From Acanthaster planci (taxonomy: Eukaryota): 64,000 bases of DNA. The notes beneath the pieces were generated by a model. That model saw only the letters and a program-made list of their open reading frames with translations. It made no database searches and was not told the DNA's origin. Made by a program: the position numbers and the translations under genes. The DNA lies in the NCBI RefSeq assembly GCF_001949145.1, contig NW_019091356.1, positions 3,950,934 through 4,014,933 of the forward strand. Direction: 5' to 3'. Below, one piece after another: positions 38,301-50,300 of this stretch. Every line of letters starts with the position of its first letter. Position 1 is the stretch's first letter.

Positions 38301-41300
38301 CCTAAAGTCTCGACGTACTTTGTCACTCACTTGCTTGGTTATATTTAAGTGTTCTTATGCACTGTATAATTTGTACAACTGAATTTTCCACTTCTAAATG
38401 TGTGCAATTCAGTGTGTTATGAAATGTTAGGCTGTAATCAATTTATGCATTTCTTATTTTGGACAATTGATTTTCCATCTTCAGGAAATGAACGCAGTGT
38501 GCCCGGCTCTAGACCGCGCTTCCTTGATGCCAAAGACAACCAGTGGTTAGGGGTGTCACTAACTCGTCAAAACATTGGAACAACGGGGAGAGTCACCGTG
38601 AGTAGATAATGTCTGACTTACCTGAGCTGCAAAACCGCTGCAGAGTATATGCTGAAATTAGGCCCTATTGTGAGACTGGACAGAGAAAAGGCATCGTACA
38701 ATATTGCTCCAGATTGCTTGGACATAGAATTGAATAACACGATGGCAATGCAAGCTCTTGTTGATGAGCACATAAATTTCCTTAATAACATTTGAGAAGT
38801 GGCCCAGCTATGTTTCCCAGATTTCTTCCTTCCTAAATGTCCCTCATAAGCCCTCATCAGCTATAACTTGTAATCCTTAGTTGATAGAATGTTAATCCTG
38901 CAGAAATGATGCTGCTGCCTGTAGGCTCTACGTTCAGGACCATTTCTTCAAAAGTCAAAGCCCATGCGAAGTCGAAAATTTGAAATACAGTGTTACCTGC
39001 ATGTAATATAAATAGGAGCATCTTATGAGGAATACCAGGCTCCGTCAGAAATGATGCGAAAGCCAGCTGAAAGCAACTCAGAGAAAGATTACTGATTGCG
39101 TTTGCACATGCTGTCGGGCCCATCTGGGATATGAAAGCCATAGGGCTTTGAAGTGGTGAAAGCCGATGCTTGTTCAAGTTCTGTAATTGGGAGGGATATA
39201 AGTCAGCCAAAGTGCTGATGAGAATTCTGGAAGCAATACCTCAAAGGTTATCGGTACCGGGCATTAGTTTTGTCTTGGTTGTGGGGTTCATACTGATAAA
39301 AATGGGCCTCAGCCTTGACAAGCTTCCTCTTCCAGATGGCCACCTTATTAAAAAAAAATCAGTCAAATTCAGGCTTGAGCAACATGTGTAGCCCCCATTA
39401 GATACAGTAGTAAAATTCCATTCAGCAGTTGGTGTTACTCCAGCCAGATAACTTGTTAGACAGGATTGGCCTTGACAATGGTGCTAATCCTGCTCAGGTA
39501 CACAATTCAGGTCAGGGGTCAATCAAGTTTTGTTCACCCTCAAATGTGGGATTGTTCATAAGCTGAGTATTTTGTCAAATATGACAAACTGAAGCCCGAG
39601 TCGTGATATGACTGATTCAGACCCGAATTCGCTCTGCACTGAACCATACTTATCCCTCTCCTGCATTGACACCTTACTTTTAACTTCTGATCCCATGACC
39701 TTTAACCCTGAGATGAGTCATGTTACTCACATCCACATGCTCCCCCTCCCTTCCACCCCTCTCCTTGTTCGGGTCCTCTCCTTGTTCGGGTCCTCTCCTT
39801 GTTCGGGTCCTCTCCTGCATGTTCTCACCTTACCCCCTCCCAGGTGTGTGGCCACAGGTGGTCTAATGACTATTATGCAGACGCCATCTTGCCTAACGGT
39901 GTCTGCTACTCCATCAACGCCATGTTTGACTTTACCAGCGTGGTCAAGGCCCGGCCGTGTCTGAACGGTAAGTGGCTGGCAGGACAGAGTGATGCCTGCA
40001 CGGGTTGACAGAGTGCCCACTAAAAGAAAAATCATGTAACATTAATTTTGCAGCATTTAGAAATGCTGACACTTCTGCTGGCTGAGAATGTCATTGCAAT
40101 TTTTTCTTAACTTGCTAATGGTTCCTTGCACCCACCTGCTAACAGATTGACCAAACTACATGTACTGTCCCCACTGTAATTGTTACCTCACTAATCAGCA
40201 TTGCATTTTGTCTCTAACTTCAACCCATTACACACGTGCTTCCCTCCATTATTTCTACATTGGACCATTTTCTGTTCTATTCACTGTACCCTCTGATAGC
40301 CTGCTACATCTTTTGTGGGCTTACCTAAACAGTTTATGCTAATGTTTTTGAAAAACCTCCTATGTGTCCCTTCTGATATTTACATACCGGTATGTTGAAC
40401 CACTGAACATTGTTAACACAGAAAGTTATTTTACGACAGTATTAGAAACAGATATGGATATCGCATTCATAGCCAGTGTTTTAGTGGAGACAATTACCAG
40501 AACAGTCACAAGACCAATCATAAGACCAGTCACAAGACCAGTCACAAGAACAGTAACAAGACCAGTCACAAGACCAGTCACAAGACCAGTCACAAGACCA
40601 ATCACAAGACCAGTCACAAGACCAGTCACAAGACCAGTCACNNNNNNNNNNNNNNNNNNNNNNNNNNNNNNNNNNNNNNNNNNNNNNNNNNNNNNNNNNN
40701 NNNNNNNNNNNNNNNNNNNNNNNNNNNNNNNNNNNNNNNNNNNNNNNNNNNNNNNNNNNNNNNNNNNNNNNNNNNNNNNNNNNNNNNNNNNNNNNNNNNN
40801 NNNNNNNNNNNNNNNNNNNNNNNNNNNNNNNNNNNNNNNNNNNNNNNNNNNNNNNNNNNNNNNNNNNNNNNNNNNNNNNNNNNNNNNNNNNNNNNNNNNN
40901 NNNNNNNNNNNNNNNNNNNNNNNNNNNNNNNNNNNNNNNNNNNAGACCAGTCACAAGACCAGTCACAAGTCCAGTCACTAGTAACAGGGAAAACAGTGAC
41001 AAAGGAATGGCTTTGTTGAAGTTCATTTTAATAGCTTGCGAGTTGAATTTGTGCTGTAATGAGGAGCTCTGCTTGATTTTTCATTTGCATTATGTTTACT
41101 CTCTGCCGGGTCCCTTCCCTTCCCTTCCCTGCTGTCTTTTCTTTTGTCTTGGTTATTATTGGGGGCTCCTACTTGATAGACCTGCGCTCATCGATGGGCC
41201 AATGCGTACTTTGAGAGTATCGCCGAGGTGGTGATGCCCAATGGCGTGTGCTTCACCATGGACAGCGACTTGCAAATTCTCAACAAGAGCATTCCGTGTA

Positions 41301-44300
41301 TCCATGGTAAGTTGTCCTCGGTCCCTCAGCCCCTGACCCCGACCCCTGACCCTTAACCCCCAAGGCACTACAGTTTTCATTTTGCAAACTCTCACTGCAG
41401 GCCAGCTTTTGCCACTGCTCTGTGTTGAGTTTCATCTGCTTCTCTGTTTAGTTTTGAAATGGCGTCAGTATAATTTGCTTGTATGGCACTGTTTTGTGCA
41501 TGTCTGTGCACAGGTACCCAGCTCATGCAATAGTTATAACTCTTCAGGTAAACTTGTAGAGAAAAGACCAATTTTTTAGACAATACCAGTTATCGTCAGG
41601 GTATGCCATATTATATTTTATCGCAGTTTCGATCTCTCCACCGCTACATTTTGTTTAAACAACACTCTTATGTGGTAGACTTGCCCCTTTGTGCTGCTCT
41701 CTGACTGGTATTCATATAATAAGGTCAGGTGTGAAATTCCAGTGGAGAGGTCACCCCTGCACCCCCTAAGGAGACAGTGGGTCTCCTGGGAGGCCACAGT
41801 GCGTCTCCTGGGAGGCCACAGTGCGTCTCCTGGGAGGCCACAGTGGGTCTCCTGGGAGGCCACAGTGGGTCTCCTGGGAGGCCACAGTGGGTCTCCTGGG
41901 ATGCCACAGTGNNNNNNNNNNNNNNNNNNNNNNNNNNNNNNNNNNNNNNNNNNNNNNNNNNNNNNNNNNNNNNNNNNNNNNNNNNNNNNNNNNNNNNNNN
42001 NNNNNNNNNNNNNNNNNNNNNNNNNNNNNNNNNNNNNNNNNNNNNNNNNNNNNNNNNNNNNNNNNNNNNNNNNNNNNNNNNNNNNNNNNNNNNNNNNNNN
42101 NNNNNNNNNNNNNNNNNNNNNNNNNNNNNNNNNNNNNNNNNNNNNNNNNNNNNNNNNNNNNNNNNNNNNNNNNNNNNNNNNNNNNNNNNNNNNNNNNNNN
42201 NNNNNNNNNNNNNNNNNNNNNNNNNNNNNNNNNNNNNNNNNNNNNNNNNNNNNNNNNNNNNNNNNNNNNNNNNNNNNGCTGTAGGCTGACGTACATGTTC
42301 CATCTCCAGTTAGTATCTTCTTCATAAAAAGACAAGAGTTTGTCTCCATTTGTTCTTTTTTTGGGGGGGGGACTTGTCTACATTCTTTGACACCCTCCAA
42401 TTTTTTTTTCCAATCCATACGGAGACTTGTGAGTGAAAACTTGTAGCTGAGCTCGTCATGGCAGCTTTGGCTTCTGCTCCCAAGCTTTGAGATTTTTTTC
42501 CGCCTGATTTTGACAGATTCAGGTCATTTTGTGCGTGTTCATCACATCCTGTACTTATGGTTCCAAGCTTAAGTTTTTTATTGCTCCATTTGGTTTGTGC
42601 ATTAAACATGGTACGAATGGTTCAGCAATTTGTTTTCTGCTAGCGTGCAACTTAGTGCTGTTTTCCATATGTAACAGTGTTGTGAAAATGTTCAATAGAG
42701 CACTTTCTGCAGATGGAGAATAAACAGATCTCTCTTTGTTTTTTCTGATGTAACCAAGGCCCTTACACTATTACTCACGTTTTGCCTTTTGATGAATTTG
42801 TTACTTTTACATGTAATTTAAAGTCCAGCTCAAAAGGCTTTTAGCAGTACAAACTTTGTACAGGAGTCATCTTTGAAAGGTTTGACCAGGTACATGTGCA
42901 TTTCAGTCCGCTGTTGAGATCTAGTGTGTTCACGTAGGTTGGTTTGTTGCTTTCAAGAAACAAACCTTATTCTTCAGTTGTGGAGGGATTTTTTGTGTGT
43001 GGTGTATTAGTTCATCTAGGTTGGAGCGATTCATGGACTGACTTTCCGATTTCTTGCTTGATTGTTCATTGAGTGACTTGGTAATTCAGTGGGAAAGGAC
43101 AAGACTTGCAAAGCTCTTAAAACTGATAGCCTACACTGCACATGTATAAATTGATGCATAACTGTGTCCCGCTAAGTCTGTATGCCAGTTTAAAATGTGC
43201 GAGCCTGTTCCTTTTGTGTGTCAGTGAATTGAATTGATTGTAGTTTCAAAGGTACGAGTACACAGCGGAGGTGACTGTTACCTCTGTTGATCGAAGCATT
43301 GGCACCTCGGCATTGGACCTGTGCCAATGTGTATCCTAGGGGTACCGGGAGCGGTGGGGACGAAGGGGCTTTGTGTCCTGGGCAAAGGTGCCGGAAGTTT
43401 TCTCCTGCATCTGTGTTTCCCGGATGGATGCCTGTGAAGATTTTTTATTACTAAATCATGCCAGCCCGTCAGTGTTGACTTCATTCAGATTTGCAAAGAG
43501 GCTGCTTTCATGCACTGGGAAAAAGAAAATTGAAAAGTAAGAAAGGAGAAAGGGGAAATAATTGGAAGAATTAAAAAAGAGAGATGAAAGTGTATGGAAA
43601 TTACCAATTTGCGTGAAAAAACCTCAAAATTGATATTCGCCTACTGTACTGTTAATTTTATCTTGTAAGGGGATGAGTGCTTTGCCCACCGAGGGAAATT
43701 CTCCCACCCCAGAAAAGATTCAAATGGTTTACCCCTCCCCCTCCAAAAAATAATCCTGATGAGGTCTGCCATGGTTCAAAACCCTGTTATCTCAGATGCC
43801 TTTTGTTTCTAAGAGGTTGCTATTGCTTGAAAAAAGTACGACAGGAATATCGTGAACCCAACCCACATCTGACACTGACTTGTAACCGCTTGCCAAGTGA
43901 ACAAACTTTATAGCTTTCCTGTCTAATCTCAGGAAAAAAACACCAACTCACCTGTGTTTACATACTGAAGCATTTTTCCAACATACCAACCCATCACCGT
44001 AGAAAAGGTGTGGGATGTTGTTGATCCATGTGTATATAATTATTGAATAATAATCCCTGGAATATTCGTCTGCAATCCCCTGAAGGCAGAAAGGTTGTGA
44101 GACATGGGCCAACGGTGAAGTGACAGGTGTGTACCCACACTCGAGTGTGAAGTCTCCCAGGTTTTGGGGTTGTGGCCCCCCATCCTTTCAGTGGTGAGGG
44201 GCAAAGTACGAGGGTTGTAAAAACGCTCTCCCTGTCACTCAATGCTGACTTCTTCTTTGTCAAGGGGAAATGGAGCACTTGTACTGGAATTAACTGCTCT

Positions 44301-47300
44301 GGTGTCAAGGCAGATGGTTTGGGTGAAGGTCACTGTGGATGGGCTGCCTGTGACTACTCCGTGAGGGAAAAAAATTGTGCTGGGGAAATGTTTGCATGCA
44401 AAGTGGGGGGGGGGCTCGGTTTCAGAGATGCCAATCAAATGTCTGCGTGCTGTGCGGGGTATTTTATTTTAAAGTGGCCTCTTTTTGCATTCTGTTTGGA
44501 CAGAATCTGACATCAGCTGGGGCCAATTTCATAGAGCTGCTTAAGCACAAAATTTGCTTAAGCAGGAAAAAACTTTGCTTAACAAACAAAGGTTACCAGC
44601 TCAAACTCTATCTAATTGTCATGCTAACCCAAAAAAGCTAAATATGATCCCAAAACAATATACATCACATGGAGTTTTGGCTGGTTACCTGATTTATGAA
44701 GTAAGGTTTTTTCGCGCTTAAGCAAATTTTGTGCTTAAGCAGCTCTATGAAATTGGCCCCAGAGACTGTAATACAATATTACATTGATATGTACAGAGTG
44801 TTGTACAAGTACCGTATATATATGAAATTGTATTCTTCATACTGAGCACTGTCATGACTGTAGGGCCGTTGGACCATGGGGAAATGATGTCATTGTTGTT
44901 GTGGCATAACTAGGAAGAAATTTCTTAGAGGGGCAGATGTTCCCCAGTGCCACCCCCTTGGTTATGCCGGCTGAGGGTAACACCTTGTACTTGGGTTTCC
45001 TCTCTGTGGACTTTGTCATTGATGGCATTTAGGCAAGTTCGTCAACCGAGGTCTCAATGGCAAATTGATTATTTTGTAATACTTTCTTGAGTTCCAGTGT
45101 CTGGAAATTCAATAGCCCAGGATGGAGGTGTGACGTTAATTCCTTGACATGGGAATTTTCTCGTGCTGGGCCTAACTGCATGTATCAGATATTATTAAGG
45201 TTGAGGTGTCCATGTATGTTGTGGGTTTAATATATTAATACTGTTGGTAAGTTTAGCTCAGCAGGAAGTACATTACAAATAAAGGGCTTGACGCGCTCTG
45301 TTTCCGCAAATTTCGGAACTGCTTTTCTGTGCAGCTTGAGGTGTTTCCGTTTTCCATTCCTAACATCTTTTATTTTTAGACAAAATGATATATGTTTATG
45401 TGTTGTTCTTAACATGACATGATGTCAACTGATTCTGTCCTGTGTGCAGGGGCGTAGCTAAGGGCGGGCGGGGGGGGATGGGGCAGGTAACCCCCCACTA
45501 AAAAACAAAATGAATGGATATTGACCAAGGCTAACAAAAAGCTTGCCCCCAAAAACCACTCCACTGAAAACTGGTACCCCGCATAAGATGCTGGTGTCCC
45601 CTTGTGCCCCCCTCTAGTAAAATCCTAGCTCCCCCACTGCTTATAGGATATGAACATTGGAAGTTTAAAAAGTTCACGTCCTTCAAATTAAGATAGTTCG
45701 GAAAATGTGCTAATTTGTGCAAAATTTGTCATGTTCCTACACATGCATCAGGAATGTATCCGTAGTGGTGAGAGTAATTTCATGAGGATGGAACATACCA
45801 TCGCATGGAAGTCGTGATTTTGGACTTCGTATGGATATGAAGTATTCATTATTTGTTTTCTGCAGATTCTGAATGTATCCTTGCATTGAAACGATACAGC
45901 CTGTCATGTGACTCATCTGTCACGTGATGGGGTTTATTCATTTGCATAAACACTTGTAATTGAAACATCTACTATGTTCTTACAAGTTGTCATCCTGGTC
46001 TTGCGCTCATTGAAGAGATTTTGGAGCAGTGTATTCTCATCTGGTATTTTTTAGTCCTGGAAAGTCGCCAACTTCTAAAGCGTAATGTGCATTGATTGAG
46101 TTCATAAAGCCCTCATGACTGAACGCTGTCACAGCGTGCTACTGCCATCCACCTGTCGGAGTTGTCTGGCAGCAGATCTGGGCTTGTGACCTGAGGCTGC
46201 CCTCACAGCTAGTCCAGCATCCTGCCAGGTTTCCAGACTAGCCTGACTGTCTGTACACCATGACCAGAGGGGTCAATTCTGGACCTTTCCTTCCCCCGTG
46301 TCACTAGGGAGTAGAATGGGCAAACCAGACTCAGTCAAGGTTTGGTTTCAGCTTTGCTGCTGAGATAAGGGAAGGAGGGAGGGAGGGGGGGCGAATACAT
46401 GGAGGAACGGTGAATCTTAGAGGCTAGTTGGTATCTTGCTAGAGTACAGGCACAGGTTATGTTTTGTGTCCTGTTATAGGAAGCCTCCTCTCTGTTTGAA
46501 ACCAGTTACACTGCAGTGTGACTCACTGGCAGCACCTTGGTGACCGCTTCGCGGAACACTTGCGCAGTGTGCCAACAAACACCTGGTGTCACTGTTGCGC
46601 AGCACTTTTGCGTGCCGCCACATACCCTCGGTGACGTAAGCGTCTGCATCCTGCGGAAAGCGTCATCTGATGTACAGCGTAAGGAACTGGAGTAGCATGT
46701 CATTTTTTAACTTGGGATGTTGCATCCAGGTGGGATGAACATGAATTTTTCCGCGTTCATTCAGAACTGAATCTGCTGGTTCTGAAGAAGGTACTCAGTT
46801 ACCGACAGCTCGGCAATTACATGTTTCAAAGCATTGATTTTATATTATTTTCTTGTCAATATTTTGATCATAGTGCTACGCAGCCCTTCCATATTTTTCA
46901 TGAAATCATTTTGTACCTGGAAGAAGGACTTAAGCGCTTATGATCTTTTGCCGGGAAGCACGATCACTCCAAAAACAACTTTCCCGGCAAAAAGACGTAT
47001 GTATGCAACTGTTTTATTTTAATGAAATATAAGATTTCTTTGCAAATAGTTACAAAAAATTTTCCCAAGTCGTTTGATAAGTTGTTCAAAGGTTGCTTTT
47101 TGCACAGCCTGTGTTGATTTTGTAGTAAATTTTACCCGTTTTTACGAAATAGAGAGTGTTCTTAAGCCCTTTTGCTGGGAACTTTTTTTTCTGTTGTAAT
47201 CATGTATTTCATCGTGTGCCCGGCAAAAGGGTGTGAGTGTTTTTCCGCCCTTTTGCTGGGTACACAATGAAGTACAGTAGGTCAGCGCTCATCTTTGTAC

Positions 47301-50300
47301 TCGTACTCGATCCCAATTCACTGTTTTGACCCACTATCCATCATTGCACTCTTGGTAATGTTTTTAAGTTAGATACTGTAGTTGTGCAACTTTGTATTAC
47401 CAAAGATTTCCCTATCCATAGATTTGCGTTTATGCTTGTATTAAAAAAATGATGGAAAGTAGAGTTCCTCTGTAAAAGGATAAATTAAAAGTAGAGCTCT
47501 AATAATATAATTTGCAGACTTTAAGATTGAACTAGTGAACTTCTGTCCATTTTAAAAGCTAACCTCGCCAGTTTCCTTCAATGATTTTTCAAATTCCCTT
47601 CCCTTTCTTCCATGAGATCTTGTCAATTATCGGCGCCTGCAGTTGTAGTTCAGTTGCTAATTCACTTTGTGAGTGAAGCAACTGAGGAACACTGAATATG
47701 GATATGGTCAAGTGGTAAAAAATACCGAATTGATGTCTTGATATTTGTGGCCAAGTTCTATTTCCACCGTTGCAAGTTAAATGAACAGCTCAGCAGTCAG
47801 GGGCACAGAAATTATCCAGATAAATTGAGATTTTTTTTTTACAACGAACAGACTGTCTGTGCCAGTACTAATTGACCCTGCAGGACTCGCCGAGAAGGCC
47901 AGGAAGTGAAAATGGAAATAAACAACTTCGGAAATCTCACATCCTACCCTCCAGCTTGTTGTCATCCACGTTGCCCTGTCACCAAACCTATTCATGGCCA
48001 CTGCTGGCCTTTATTTTTAGTCTGTGATCTTTGTGAACACATTCTCTTGAGATTTGATGATTCTCTGGCTTCCCTTCAACGCAGCCTCCCCCCCTTGCCC
48101 CAACAGTTCTTCTGACCTTCGCCTCTCTGTCCCCCATGCCATCAGCTGCGGTCTTTTCCTGCGATAAGGACAGACTTCATAGGCGTGAAATGTTTTTGTG
48201 ATAGGGCTGTTTTGGGGGGTGGGAACTTGGAAAAAGGTGAATACACAGGGTTACTCCCAAGTACCTGTGCAGAGACAGGCAAGGTTGTCTTGAAAGATCC
48301 GAAACGGGTCACTGCTTTTTCCCGGAGTTGTCCTTGATTCTTGTTAAAATATATTGCAAACAAAATCAAATTATGTCACACTGGAAACAAGTCTTGTCAG
48401 TAAAGCCACAATCACCTCTGGAAATGACTGGTCCTGCCTAAATGAATAAATGCAAGGTCGCCATGCCAAGGGGCTGATGTGTATGGCCATTTTTTTTTTC
48501 AGCAACACTCTTTCTATTGAGTTTCCCCTTCCAGAGGGAAACAAGCCTTTTGTGGGTGAGTTGGACAAGGGCATGGCTTTTGAATAGCCTCCCCCCACAG
48601 CACCCAGTTTGTTACACTGGTGGCCCATTGACCTTAAAAATCCATTGTGATTTAGGAAGGATATATGTGCCTAGCCACAAAAAAGGTTTTGATGGTTCCT
48701 ATGGAGGGCTCTATAGTGGAAAGTTTTGTGTCTGTTGGCATCTATTATTTATTTTCCCTTTCTGTCATAAAGTGTGTTGCTAAAGAAGTGTTGAGTTAGT
48801 TGGTACATGAGCGAGTGAATTTTTCCTTGACTCTTTATGAAATGGATTTTGTAAAGGATGGTGTACAGAAGGAAACCCTAGGAAAGCCGAACCAGACAAT
48901 CGAAATTCAGAATCCTCGATGGCAGCACACAAGCTTGTAAGACTGCATACATGTATTTTATTGTATGCTAATTACTAGTATTGTTGCTTTTATCAACAAA
49001 GTCTTTGTTTTTTGTCCAGCATTTCTGCTTCCTTGATCCTGAAGTCAGCTTCTGTTCCCCTTGTCTTTTTGCAGTGAACTTGGAAGATCATTGAACGTTG
49101 AGATAACATGCTTTGCCCAAGTTAGAAACGAAAGAAAAGCTGCGAGTGTCGTTCCAATCCTGGGCGCCAATGTGCCAACCAAACTTCCTAGACAAACAGA
49201 GCTCCGTTCCAAGACTTGCAGACTCTACATATTTTGTACATGAACCATCCGATGCCGTTAAGTCCTTGCCCCGTACACAAGTGGCTACAAAACTGCATGA
49301 TTTTTCCTCCGCTTGGGAAAAAGGACAGATTTTCATCAGACGAACCTGCCTTCAAATGAAAAACTTCTGCATCTGAATTGGCACTAGAGCACTTGGGGGC
49401 TGGGGGTCATGAACTGGGAGAAAGAAATCGTGATAGCAACCGGTGTGAATGCCCAGTTGCTGTCAACTTGCTGTGCAGCTTGACCTAGTAAGACTTTGAA
49501 GAACAACTCCAGAAGAGCTCCATCACATCTGACAACAGTGGCACGGTGATCTCTCAAATCTTCTCCTAATGGGTTGAGCTGTGGTACTACACTTGTCAAG
49601 CTGCCGTCAATAACGTGGTTTTGTGAAAGAAAAAGAAGCATTTCTAGATGGGTTGTAATTCACAAGTTTTGAAGATGTGGCAGACAGATGACATGAAAAG
49701 CTTGAGGAGTGCATCATAAGGCCCTGACTAGCACACTTCTTGCCAACGATGAACCAAGTTTGAAACTTTCCAGGTATCGAAAAAAAGTTTTCATACAAGC
49801 CTTGTGCATAGCGCTGTTACGACCTGACCGTCCAATTCCCGAAACTTGAACCCTGTCCTGCCCTTCATCATTGCTACCAGTCTGTAAAACACCTCCTTTC
49901 TTCAGTAATGCCAAACACATGTGCACTAGTATTGTGACTTTGGTATTGATATGGGATTTCAGCAATCATATTTTGCTTCAAGTAAATATGTCAGGTAATG
50001 TTTACATCGGGTTGAAATGATTGACATGCTTCATGTGCATGTCAACACAATTACAGCATAATTTTCAACCCCTGAGGGTATTGAATGCCTCGTGGGGGCC
50101 TGCTAAAAAGTCAGTCAACTTCATTCGGTCCGGGAAAGAAAGTAATAACATTTATCAAGAACTAAGCTAAAAAGTAAAACAAAAACTATGCAACAAAACT
50201 ATGCTCCAAACAAGCAATTCACAAAAGAAAAACAGCAAGTAATTTTTGTGTGTGTATGGATGCATCAAAAATGCATGACTTGTCGTCTGTAATTAATGAA

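Noticed and set aside
40364..42418. Long ORFs with repetitive peptides ([15 protein letters not shown]) and possible CRISPR-like arrays
   Set aside because: They arise from head-to-tail minisatellites and N gaps; there are no unique spacers or cas genes and the context is a eukaryotic intron.
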